From the NCBI GenBank assembly GCA_016717325.1, contig JADKFV010000002.1, positions 135,661 through 199,660 of the forward strand: a stretch of 64,000 nucleotides of DNA. Direction: 5' to 3'. Made by a program: the position numbers and the translations under genes. The number at the start of each line of letters is the position of its first letter. Position 1 is the first letter of the stretch. The notes beneath the pieces were generated by a model. It made no database searches, was not told where the DNA came from, and worked only from the letters and a program-made list of their open reading frames with translations. Source of the DNA: Bacteroidota bacterium. Its GTDB lineage: Bacteria; Bacteroidota; Bacteroidia; AKYH767-A; OLB10. Positions 53,071-63,536 of this stretch are shown here, in pieces.

Positions 53071-56000
53071 TTACTGTTTTACGAAAGTATTATTCATTAC
53101 ACCTTGAGGAGTAATTATTTTAAGTGTAAAAATTCCTTTACCTAAGTTGCTTGTGTTTATAATGCCATTGGTAAGTTGGCCATTGAGAATAACTCGGCCT
53201 GTTAAATCCAGCACTTCAAATTTTGCATTTTGTAATTTTGAATTATCAGATACGTATACATGCATAGTTGTTGTTGCAGGATTAGGATAAAGCATAAACG
53301 AAGATTGCGGTGTTTCTGATAAGCCAATTGAGCTGAATAATTCTACATCGTCCCAATAGTATGTTTTTTGTCCCGCAGTTGCACCATCGGTACCGAAGTT
53401 AAAGAATATGGAGGCCATGTCGTATAAGTATGCGGGGTTGAAAACAGCAGTTCCTGGTGCTTCGTTATCAAAATCGAACACAAGATATTCCCAGGTATTT
53501 ACTCCTGTAGTGAGGGCTTCTGTTTCAACACTTTGAGTTGGCTGTCCGTGCACTTCCACTTTCAACCGTACCGGAATATTTGCATCGGGCGAGTAAACAC
53601 GAACACGCATTTTGTGATTATTTGCCGTGAAAGGAATAACATTAGCAAAGCCAAGATTTGTTCCAATGGTGGTACCGGCCCATGTTTGTGCTGCTGCAGT
53701 TTTTGTAGTAATAGCTACTTTGTTTGCGGCATTGTTTGGGTCGGGCCCAAGTACCGATGCATTTCCTCCAAAATCGGTAAGGGTATAATCTACATTTAAT
53801 GAATCGAAATATACAGGAAGGTTTATTTGATTTAAACCTGTGCCACCACCCGTAACAAAACGAATTTCGTCCTGGTAGAATGTAAAGTTTGCACTGCTAT
53901 CGCCCATCACACCTAAATCATAAATGAAGACTAAATCGGTATAAGTATTTGATGCTGTTCCCGAAAAATCCCAACTCAATTCTTCCCATGCATTTGCTAA
54001 TGTAGTAGTATCCGATTTTTCGACAAATCCACCGGCAGAGTTTTCTAATTTGAAAAGAACAGGACATCCGGTGCGAGGAGAATAGACAAACATTTTAAAT
54101 GTGTTGTTGGTGGTAAAGTCTAATGCCGATGCAAGAGTTAATTTACTACCTCCCCAAACCTGACCAACATTTTTTATCATTCGCAGCACTTTAGGCGTTG
54201 TATCCAATCCTCCCGGATACGGGTTTGTCATTAATGTTGTTATGCCACCATCGAAGTCTGTCATGGTGTATGTAATTGTAGAATCATCATAAGTAATTGG
54301 CAATACCAATCCAAGATTTGCACCCGATACAAATTCTACATCATCGAAGAGATAAGTTTTTTGTCCTGCAGTTGCACCATCGGTACCGAAGTTGAAAAAT
54401 ATGGAAGCCATATCGTATGGAAAAGCAGCGTTGAAAGCTGCCGTACCCGGAGCTTCATTATCGAAATCGAAAGTTAACCATTCCCATGTATTTACACCTG
54501 TGGTTAATGCTTCTGTTTCTACCGATTGTCCGGGTTGTCCGTGCACTTCCACTTTCAATCGCACAGGAATATTTGCATCGGGTGAGTATACACGCACTCT
54601 CATTTTTCTATCGACTGCGGTAAAAGGAATAACCGAAGCAAAACCAAGATTGGTTCCAATGGTAGTGCCAGCCCATGTTTGCGCGGTTACATCTTTTGTT
54701 GTAATAGCAACAGTGTTTGCAGCATTGTTTGGATCGGGACCAAGCACAGTAGAGTTGCCACCAAAATCGGTAACGGTATAATCAACATTAGCAACATCGA
54801 ATGTTACAGGCAAATCAATTTGATTTAATGCACCCGATACAAATTCTACATCATCGAAGAGGTAAGTTTTTTGTCCTGCAGTTGCACCATCAGTTCCGAA
54901 GTTAAAAAATATGGAAGCCATATCGTATGGAAATGCTGCATTGAAAGCTGCCGTACCCGGAGCTTCATTATCGAAATCGAAAGTTAACCATTCCCAGGTA
55001 TTTACTCCTGTGGTTAATGCTTCTGTTTCTACCGATTGTCCGGGTTGTCCGTGCACTTCCACTTTCAATCGCACTGGAATATTTGCATCGGGTGAGTAAA
55101 CACGCACTTGCATTTTTCTATCGACTGCTGTAAAAGGAATAACCGAAGCAAAACCAAGATTGGTTCCAATGGTAGTGCCGGCCCATGTTTGCGCGGTTAC
55201 ATCTTTTGTTGTAATAGCAACTGTGTTTGCAGCATTGTTTGGATCGGGACCAAGCACAGTTGAGTTACCACCAAAATCGGTAACGGTATAATCAACATTA
55301 GCAACATCGAATGTTACAGGCAAATCAATTTGATTTAATGCACCCGATACAAATTCTACATCATCGAAGAGGTAAGTTTTTTGTCCTGCAGTTGCACCAT
55401 CGGTACCGAAGTTAAAAAATATGGAAGCCATATCGTATGGAAATGCTGCATTGAAAGCTGCCGTACCCGGAGCTTCATTATCGAAATCGAAAGTTAACCA
55501 TTCCCAGGTATTTACTCCTGTGGTTAATGCTTCTGTTTCTACCGATTGTCCGGGTTGTCCGTGCACTTCCACTTTCAATCGCACTGGAATATTTGCATCG
55601 GGTGAGTATACACGCACTCTCATTTTTCTATCGACTGCGGTAAAAGGAATTACCGAAGCAAAACCAAGATTGGTTCCAATGGTAGTGCCAGCCCATGTTT
55701 GCGCGGTTACATCTTTTTGTTGTAATAGCCGGGACCAAGCACAGTAGAGTTGCCACCAAAATCGGTAACGGTATAATCAACATTAGCAAGGCAGATACAG
55801 GCAAATCAATTTGATTTAATGCCCGATACAAATTCTAACATCGAAGAGATAAGTTTTTGGTCCTGGCGGGGGCCCAACCGTGCCGGGGGGGAAAAAAAGG
55901 GGGGGAAAAGGGATCGTATGGAAATGCAGCGTTGAGCCCGGAGCTTCATTATCGAAATCGAAAGTTAACCATTCCCAGGTATTTACTCCTGTGGTTAATG

Positions 56001-57408
56001 CTTCGGTTTCTACCGATTGACCGGGTTGTCCGTGCACTTCCACTTTCAATCGCACCGGAATATTTGCATCGGGTGAGTAAACACGCACTTGCATTTTTCT
56101 ATCGACTGCCGTAAAAGGAATTACCGAAGCAAAACCAAGATTGGTTCCAATGGTAGTACCGGCCCATGTTTGCGCGGTTACATCTTTTGTTGTTATAGCA
56201 ACAGTGTTTGCAGCATTGTTTGGATCGGGACCAAGAACAGTAGAGTTGCCACCAAAATCGGTAACGGTATAATCAACATTAGCAACATCGAAAGTTACAG
56301 GCAAATCAATTTGATTTAATGCACCCGCTACAAATTCTACATCATCGAAGAGATAAGTTTTTTGTCCTGCAGTTGCACCATCGGTACCGAAGTTAAAAAA
56401 TATGGAAGCCATATCGTATGGAAATGCTGCATTGAAAGCTGCCGTACCCGGAGCTTCATTATCGAAATCGAAAGTTAACCATTCCCATGTATTTACACCT
56501 GTGGTTAATGCTTCTGTTTCTACCGATTGTCCGGGTTGTCCGTGCACTTCCACTTTCAATCGCACAGGAATATTTGCATCGGGTGAGTATACACGCACTT
56601 GCATTTTTCTATCGACTGCTGTAAAAGGAATTACCGAAGCAAAACCAAGATTGGTTCCAATGGTAGTACCAGCCCATGTTTGCGCGGTTACATCTTTTGT
56701 TGTTATAGCAACAGTGTTTGCAGCATTGTTTGGATCGGGACCAAGCACAGTAGAGTTGCCACCAAAATCGGTAACAGTATAATTCACATTAGCCAGGTCG
56801 AAAGTTACCGGCAAATCAATTTGTGCCGGTGGAGCTTGCATCAATTTTACATTTTCGAAGTAGTATGTTTTTGCGCCTGCTGTTGCTCCATCGGTACCGA
56901 AGTTAAAAAATATGGATGCCATGTCGTAAGCGTAAGCTGCATTGAAAGCTGCCGTGCCAGGAGCTTCATTATTGAAATTAAAATTTAACCACTCCCATGC
57001 ATTTGCCGTTGTTGTCATGGCCTCTGTTTCTACCGATTGGCCTGCTTGTCCATGTACTTCCACTTTCAGTCGCACAGGAATATTTGCATCGGGTGAGTAT
57101 ACGCGCATTCTCATTTTTCTGTTATTTGCAGTAAATGGAATTGGATTTGCAAAACCAAGATTGGTACCAACGGTAGTGCCGGCCCATGTTTGCGCGGTTG
57201 CACCTTTTGTTGTTATGGCGACAGTATTGGCAGCATTGGTTGGATCGGGACCAAGCACGGTTGAATTGCCACCAAAATCGGTAACGGTATAATCAACATT
57301 TGTGAGGTCGAATGTTACGGGCAAATCAATTTGATTTAATTGAGCCTGTGTTGTTCCGAAGCTGAATGCTAAAAGAAACAACAGAACAGATTTGATAATT
57401 TTTTGCAT
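53071..57408 (-). CDS. T9SS-secreted surface protein built from about 8 tandem ~170-aa beta-sandwich (CBM/lectin-like) repeats. The sequence is corrupted at about 55700-55940.
   Basis: Signal peptide MQKIIKSVLLFLLAFSFGTTQAQ. Repeats NQIDLPVTFD.ANVDYTVTDFGGNSTVLGPDP...RVYSPDANIPVRLKVEVHGQPGQSVETEA...FFNFGTDGATAGQKTY. C-terminus SSFMLYPNPATTTMHVYV...GIFTLKIITPQGVMNNTFVKQ is the T9SS CTD. Confidence 0.7.
54300..56830 (-). repeat. Near-identical tandem DNA repeats with a period of about 510-525 bp, inside the T9SS repeat protein gene.
   Basis: Identical antisense ORFs (MEAISYGNAALKAAVPGASLSKSKVNHS...) recur at 54392, 54911, 55421 and 56402. Protein repeat units are letter-for-letter identical. 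Confidence 0.7.
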
Positions 57409-57463
57409 TTATTTTTTTTTATGAAATGATAAGAATTGATTTTTTTATTTTTTGGAATTTTAA

Positions 57464-58783
57464 TTAACGGTTAATGCAAATTTGCTTTGTAGTGTAAAAT
57501 GTATTTCCCGATTTTATTCTGATTACATACATATTATTGTTTTGTAAATTGACAGGAATATTTGTGTTGCAATTTGCATTACCCGATGCATGAAAAACTC
57601 TTTGGCCAACAATGTCAAAAATTTCGATGTCATCTATTTTGAAATTTGTACTTGAATGAATGTACATTGATGAATTGTTAATTGATATAAAATAATTGTT
57701 GTTCGAAATTTCATCTAAACTAACCATCGAACAATTGCTGCACGATTGCCACATGGAACATGTTATTAAATTTGTATTACCAATGTTAAGCACCCTGTTT
57801 GTATATTGTGAGTTTCCATTTGTGCAAGGCCATTGAGGATCGAGAATTTCTTTTGCCGGGCCATTACCATTTACATACAAATATTCAACTGTAGAATTTT
57901 CGGGCAAAGGCAATTGTGTTTGCCATGTACCATTTGTATTTAATGTCATGGGTGTGCCTGGCCAATTATTAAATCCATTCCAGCTTCCGAATAAATATAC
58001 GGGAGTAGAATCAGGATTTTCAACTATAAAAGTGACATCAACATTTGGAATAACTACACTGCCACAAGTATCACATAAAGCCCATCTATTGCAAATACTT
58101 AAATTGTTGCTTCCAACATTGAGCACACGGTTAGTATATTGTCCATTGCCGTTTGTACATGTCCAGGCGGGATTTAAATCTTCTGTTATTGGTGCATTAC
58201 CATTCACATATAAAAATTCGTATGCTGCATTTGCCGGCAGGCTTAAACTCACATCCCAAAGATTATCGCCATTTGCATCAGTCATCATATCGCCAGGAAA
58301 GTTGCCCCAGTTTGTCCAACTGCCAAAAACATATACCGGCAGCGAGTCGGGGTTTTGTACCTGAAACATAACAGTAACACTTGCCGGTGGCGGCACAATT
58401 ACACATGCATTGCAGGTGTTCCATGTGTAGCATAATGCTGTGTCGGTATTTCCTAAATTTAATACCCGGTTAGTGTATTGTGTATTTCCATTTGTGCATG
58501 GCCAGTTTGGATCTAAAATTTCTTTTGCAAAGGCACCGCTGCCATTCACATATAAAAACTCATGTGTGGTATTGCTTGCAATAGGTATTGTTAATGACCA
58601 TGTACCGCCTCCTAAATCTGACATAGGGGTGCCGGGCCAATTACCAAAACTATTCCACGACCCGAATAAAAATACGGGAGTAGAGTCGGGGCTCGAAACC
58701 TGGAATGTTACATTTTGTGTTTGTGCAAATAAGCAACTTGCAACTAACATGCTTTGAACAAATAGTAGTGTTTTTTTCATCAT
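57464..58783 (-). CDS. T9SS-secreted protein with three tandem CBM20/CBM48-like (starch or glycogen-binding-like) modules.
   Basis: Three ~100-aa modules fit V.F.V..PDS.PV.LFGSWN.FGNWPGTPM...W......P....EFLYVNG......E, the pattern of CBM20/48/E-set binding modules. Signal peptide. The C-terminal ~75 aa look like a T9SS CTD. Confidence 0.5.
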   Translation of the reverse strand: MMKKTLLFVQSMLVASCLFAQTQNVTFQVSSPDSTPVFLFGSWNSFGNWPGTPMSDLGGGTWSLTIPIASNTTHEFLYVNGSGAFAKEILDPNWPCTNGNTQYTNRVLNLGNTDTALCYTWNTCNACVIVPPPASVTVMFQVQNPDSLPVYVFGSWTNWGNFPGDMMTDANGDNLWDVSLSLPANAAYEFLYVNGNAPITEDLNPAWTCTNGNGQYTNRVLNVGSNNLSICNRWALCDTCGSVVIPNVDVTFIVENPDSTPVYLFGSWNGFNNWPGTPMTLNTNGTWQTQLPLPENSTVEYLYVNGNGPAKEILDPQWPCTNGNSQYTNRVLNIGNTNLITCSMWQSCSNCSMVSLDEISNNNYFISINNSSMYIHSSTNFKIDDIEIFDIVGQRVFHASGNANCNTNIPVNLQNNNMYVIRIKSGNTFYTTKQICINR

Positions 58784-58803
58784 ATTATTTTGTTTTAATT
58801 TTT

Positions 58804-59643
58804 TTATAAAGGAAAATATTTGAACGATTTAATAACCATTTCATATTCTAAACCATTGGTGGGTGGTTGCCCATTTAATAACCAATAGTTGAATCTTAAA
58901 TTTGTAGAATCGCCCGGACCGGGAATTACAATAGGATCCGATACTAAGTTGTTTTCGAGTTTGCTGCGTGGTATATTATTTTTATCGAATGACCATGAAG
59001 CAATTTTATTTGGCCCCGGATAAAATTCTCCTTCATAACTTTCCCAGTATACACTATCGGGAGTCCATCGCATCATATGTGTAGTTGCTTTACTTATGAG
59101 ACTTGTAGCTATTGGCGGTTTATAAGTTCTTTCGGAGTATGGCACCGGGTTTTGAAATATTACAGGCTGCACGCTATAGGTTAATAATAAAGTATCGTTG
59201 GGATTATTCCATTTCGAAAACTCTATATCTACTTCGCTGTTTCCTTCTTTTTGAAATGAATAATCGTCCCAGGTAAAAAAGCCAAAGACATTTTTTTCGT
59301 TCAAATTTCGGATATCATTTTCGCAGGTAAAAACATAAGTACCATATCCAAATTCTTTTACACTTATTATTTCGCTGCAATACCAAAAATTATTTTTTTT
59401 GGATATACGCATATGTAAACTTCCTGCATTATCAACCCACACATTTTCGGCAGTGCCTAAAAACCGGTTCGGTCCGGGGCCTACCGGAGTAAGTGCATTT
59501 TTATATTTCCAGTTATATCCCGAAAATGTGAGGTCACCTTTTTCATCGGCAACAACCACATCTGTTGGTGCCGATTGTTTACATCCACCATAAAGCAACA
59601 CTAGTGCAATGTAAATAACAGAAGCTTTTTTTCTATTTAACAT
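58804..59643 (-). CDS. GH16 beta-glucanase lipoprotein.
   Basis: Lipobox LLYGGC. Motif SEVDIEFSKW (E-x-D-x-E). Confidence 0.7.
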   Translation of the reverse strand: MLNRKKASVIYIALVLLYGGCKQSAPTDVVVADEKGDLTFSGYNWKYKNALTPVGPGPNRFLGTAENVWVDNAGSLHMRISKKNNFWYCSEIISVKEFGYGTYVFTCENDIRNLNEKNVFGFFTWDDYSFQKEGNSEVDIEFSKWNNPNDTLLLTYSVQPVIFQNPVPYSERTYKPPIATSLISKATTHMMRWTPDSVYWESYEGEFYPGPNKIASWSFDKNNIPRSKLENNLVSDPIVIPGPGDSTNLRFNYWLLNGQPPTNGLEYEMVIKSFKYFPL

Positions 59644-61885
59644 TGATTAATTTTTTTTCATTATTGATCATGATTTCAAAATCTCCTTTTTCGGTTACCC
59701 TTTTCAAATCTTTATTTATAAAAGATAAATCGTTTTTATGTATAACAAATTCTACTTGTGTTGTTTGCGATGCGTTTAAATTTATTTTTTTAAAAGCCAC
59801 AAGTTTTTTTACAGCAGGTGTAATGGAGGCGAATAAATCTTTGTAATATACCTGCACTGTTTCTTTGCCATTTACTGCTCCGGAATTTTTTACTTCTACT
59901 TTAATTACGATAGAGTCGTTATCGTTTAAGGTGTTTTGTGATACACTGAAATTGCTGTAATCGAATTTTGTATAGCTCATTCCAAAGCCAAAATCGAATT
60001 GTGGACGGTAAGCATTAGCCGAAAAATCTACATCCTGATCTTCGGTGGTTTTATGATCGTAATGCACTATAGCATTTACATTTGCTGGATAAGTAAATGG
60101 TAACTTTCCACTGGGATTTATTTTTCCATAAAGGCAATCGGCAATAGCCCGGCCGCCTTCATCGCCCGGTAAATAAGCGTAAACAATTGCATCGGCATAT
60201 TTTGCTACAGCTTGTAATATGCGAGGCCTGTTGAAACAACAAATAAAAATAATGGGCTTGCCGGCTTCTTTAAGTTTATTCACAAGTATTTGCTGTGCTA
60301 GTGGAAGCGATAGGTCGTCTATATTTCCGGGCAATTCGGTGCAAGGCAGTTCGCCTAAACAAACAATAATCTTATCTGCATTTTTTGCTTTCGCAAAACA
60401 ATCGTTTAAATCCATTACACTATCTAAACTACTGCCCATTGCATATTGAATTGTAGCATTGCCTGCATTTATTTTTATGGCATCAAGTATGGTTAGTTTG
60501 TTAGCTGTGTTATATTTAGTGTCTACTCCCTGCCACGTATGCGTCCATGCGCCATTCAATAAATTTAAACTTTGCGCGGCAGGGCCGCAAACAAGAATAT
60601 TTTGTTTTTCATTTTTTAATGGCAATAGATTGTTTTTATTTTTTAAAAGTGTAATGCATTCTGCTGCCAATTCATAACTCACTTCGGCATGTTGCTTCGA
60701 GCCAAATAATGGATAGTTGTTTTGAGTAAATTGTGTTTGAGAAAAAAGTCCTAATTCTTTTTTTAACTCAAGAATTCTTCGCACCGAAATATTAATTCGT
60801 GCCTCGGGTACGGTTCCTTCTTTTACAAGTTCGATAAGTAGTTTAGTAAATTCAAAATCATTTGGAGTCATACTCATATCGATGCCGGCCATTATTGCCA
60901 TACGCACCGCTTCCTTTTTATTTTCGGCAACGCGATGTAAATTGACAAGTTTGTAAATGTCTTCCCAATCGGTAACAGCTACACCTTTAAATCCGAGTTC
61001 TTCGCGCAAAAGTTTTGTAAGTATATCGTAATTAACATGTACGGGTGTGCCGTTAATTTCACCGCTGTTTATCATCACCGTTTTGGCACCACTTTTTATG
61101 GCTTGCTCAAACGTGGGTAAAAAATATTCGCGCAATTCTCTATCCGAAATCCATGCAGGCGTACGGTCTTTTCCGCTTAGTGGCATGCTGTATCCAAGAA
61201 AGTGTTTCATGCATGCAGCTACTTTATACGGGTTGTTTATGTTGTTGCCTTGTAAACCATTTATGGCTGCAGTGGTCATGCTTTTTGCAAGGCAAACATC
61301 TTCTCCAAAGGTTTCAAAAAATCGCGACCATAATGGTTGTCGTCCAATATCAAGTACAGGCGAAAAATTCCATGGCAACCCACTTGCACGTGTTTCATAG
61401 GCGGTGATGGCAAATCCCTTTTCAACCAATGCAGGATTCCATGATGCTGCCATTGCTATTTGTTGTGGAAACAATGTTTGCACCATTGTATAGTTTGCAC
61501 CATGAATTGCATCAATGCCATAAATTATAGGAATCTTGTTTCTGTCTAATTTTGTATTTTCGTTTTGTATAGTTGAAATAATATTATGCCAGTTGCTTAA
61601 TGAAATAGTTCCACTTGCGCAACCAACATTTAGTATCGATCCTACATGATATTGAGAAATAGCAATTTTTAATTTTTCGGAGTTTATAGATTGGGGATTT
61701 TGCAAATTACAAATTTCGCCATTGGCAATAACGCCTAAATCTATTTGAGTCATTTGTCCCACTTTTTCTTCAATGGTCATTGAATTTATGAGCGACTCAA
61801 CATTTACATCTGCTGTTTTTTGTGCACTAACAAAAAAGTTTGTTGCACAAAAAAGAAACACAAATAAGATTGCAGACCTTATCAT
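59633..61885 (-). CDS. GH3 beta-glucosidase (BglX-like), periplasmic.
   Basis: Signal peptide. GH3 N-terminal (KHFLGYS...GFKGVAVTDWEDI) and C-terminal domains. 750 aa. Confidence 0.85.
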   Translation of the reverse strand: MIRSAILFVFLFCATNFFVSAQKTADVNVESLINSMTIEEKVGQMTQIDLGVIANGEICNLQNPQSINSEKLKIAISQYHVGSILNVGCASGTISLSNWHNIISTIQNENTKLDRNKIPIIYGIDAIHGANYTMVQTLFPQQIAMAASWNPALVEKGFAITAYETRASGLPWNFSPVLDIGRQPLWSRFFETFGEDVCLAKSMTTAAINGLQGNNINNPYKVAACMKHFLGYSMPLSGKDRTPAWISDRELREYFLPTFEQAIKSGAKTVMINSGEINGTPVHVNYDILTKLLREELGFKGVAVTDWEDIYKLVNLHRVAENKKEAVRMAIMAGIDMSMTPNDFEFTKLLIELVKEGTVPEARINISVRRILELKKELGLFSQTQFTQNNYPLFGSKQHAEVSYELAAECITLLKNKNNLLPLKNEKQNILVCGPAAQSLNLLNGAWTHTWQGVDTKYNTANKLTILDAIKINAGNATIQYAMGSSLDSVMDLNDCFAKAKNADKIIVCLGELPCTELPGNIDDLSLPLAQQILVNKLKEAGKPIIFICCFNRPRILQAVAKYADAIVYAYLPGDEGGRAIADCLYGKINPSGKLPFTYPANVNAIVHYDHKTTEDQDVDFSANAYRPQFDFGFGMSYTKFDYSNFSVSQNTLNDNDSIVIKVEVKNSGAVNGKETVQVYYKDLFASITPAVKKLVAFKKINLNASQTTQVEFVIHKNDLSFINKDLKRVTEKGDFEIMINNEKKLINVK

Positions 61886-61886
61886 T

Positions 61887-62531
61887 TTATAATCGTATAA
61901 ATTTTATATCGTCTAAATAAATGTTGCCGTCACCTTCGAGCTGAATGATAAATTGTTTTACTTTTTCGAGATCGAAATTTTTATTTTCAAATTCGAATTT
62001 TGAAAGTGGAATTGTTACCGAAGTCCATGCCGTGTCGTTAAATGTACCTGAGGCAAGTTCCAATCTGAAACCATAATAACATTGCACGCCAGAGTAATCT
62101 TCTAAAGCAAATGCGACAGGTAAATTTTTGAACGATCCCTTTACAGATTTTACTTTCATTTGTATGGCAGCTATGCTATCAATATCTTTAATGTCTTTGG
62201 CCATCCAGTTGTTCCATCCAAATCCGCATCCTATCCATTTACACCCACCTTTTATTTTATCCCATTTTATATGCAAGGCACCATTACCCGAAAAAGTATT
62301 TTGCTTTTCAGATTTCATTTCTACACAATTGATTTCGGGCGATACCCATACGCTATTGTCATAAGTATCTTTATAAATATCGATAGCAGTAAATCCTTCA
62401 ATTTGATTTGTATTTACAGGCGCATTTTCATCATACAAACTTTTATTCTGAAAAGAAATAAAAGATGACTTGCACGAGCATAACATGCATGTAATAATTG
62501 CCGCAACCGAAAATAAACTTTGGCCTTTCAT
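61887..62531 (-). CDS. Hypothetical lipoprotein, PUL-associated.
   Basis: Signal and Cys (MLCSCKSS). Context between GH3 and the next lipoprotein. Confidence 0.45.
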   Translation of the reverse strand: MKGQSLFSVAAIITCMLCSCKSSFISFQNKSLYDENAPVNTNQIEGFTAIDIYKDTYDNSVWVSPEINCVEMKSEKQNTFSGNGALHIKWDKIKGGCKWIGCGFGWNNWMAKDIKDIDSIAAIQMKVKSVKGSFKNLPVAFALEDYSGVQCYYGFRLELASGTFNDTAWTSVTIPLSKFEFENKNFDLEKVKQFIIQLEGDGNIYLDDIKFIRL

Positions 62532-63535
62532 TATGGTTCAAGTGGTTTGTTATCGGTTATTACAATCATATCTATTTTAGTACTTGCAAAGCCATTGTTT
62601 GGATCGGCAAGATGTAACATGGATATCTTTCCCAACTTATCAGGATTGCGAATGCCATTTCCCTTAGGAGTTGCAGGCACGCCATTTACAAGTGTAACAA
62701 TGTCTTCGTATTTTACCGATACCAATTTCCAGCCTTCCCAGTCAACGTTAATTTGAAGGTCATACTCATCTTCGTTGTTTGCATTAAAAGTGCCATCACT
62801 ATTTTCATCTTCTTTCAATTGAAATAAAACGATAGAAGGATTTGTATTGGGCACACCATAAATTAAACAATTGAAATACACCGCACCGGGGTTTGGTAAC
62901 AATGGAAAAGTAACATTGGAGTTATACGCTTGCGCAGGAAAATCGATAAGCCCGATTAGGTAATCCCAATTTACAGTTCCGGCCATATTCATATATTTTT
63001 TTCCCTCAGGTGCAAGCGAATCTGTTTTTACTTTGAAGTCCATATTAGCTCCCGATTGAATAAATTTGGGCCATTGCGGATTGAGCCCGTTTTCGAAATC
63101 GGCAATAATAAAACCGTCTATCTTTTTTGGACTTGTAACTTTAACATCAATATTGAAAGTATCGGGAATTGCATTCAGTGTGAGTGAAGCAGTGCAGTTT
63201 TCGATACCAAAAATAGGGTAGTTGGTAGTGCTGCCATTCCATAATCCATTAGTAATATTTATAGCTTTGCTTTCGCCATTAAAAATTTTGGTGGCCTTTG
63301 ATACTTTGCCTTTTATGGCAATTTGCCACTTTACAATTTTGGAAAATTTTGCACTGAACAATACAGTTTCGTTGTTGGCAAAATTTACACTGTCTTTATC
63401 TGCATCGAAATTTTCTATGATTTTAAAATCGCTGTATATATCAACAATGCCCGGACCATCGAAGTTTGTTTCGTCTTTTCTGCAAGAAATTAATCCTGTT
63501 AAAAGAATAAAAATTATTGCTGCTTTTTGTTTCAT
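62531..63535 (-). CDS. Hypothetical surface lipoprotein, possible SGBP-type glycan-binding protein of the PUL.
   Basis: Lipobox LTGLISC. Beta-rich composition. Context. Confidence 0.45.
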   Translation of the reverse strand: MKQKAAIIFILLTGLISCRKDETNFDGPGIVDIYSDFKIIENFDADKDSVNFANNETVLFSAKFSKIVKWQIAIKGKVSKATKIFNGESKAINITNGLWNGSTTNYPIFGIENCTASLTLNAIPDTFNIDVKVTSPKKIDGFIIADFENGLNPQWPKFIQSGANMDFKVKTDSLAPEGKKYMNMAGTVNWDYLIGLIDFPAQAYNSNVTFPLLPNPGAVYFNCLIYGVPNTNPSIVLFQLKEDENSDGTFNANNEDEYDLQINVDWEGWKLVSVKYEDIVTLVNGVPATPKGNGIRNPDKLGKISMLHLADPNNGFASTKIDMIVITDNKPLEP

Positions 63536-63536
63536 T

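Noticed and set aside
54392-57292. Plus-strand ORFs of 62-129 aa (MEAISYGNAALKAAV...) inside the minus-strand repeat protein gene.
   Set aside because: Antisense artefacts repeated with the 510-525-bp period.
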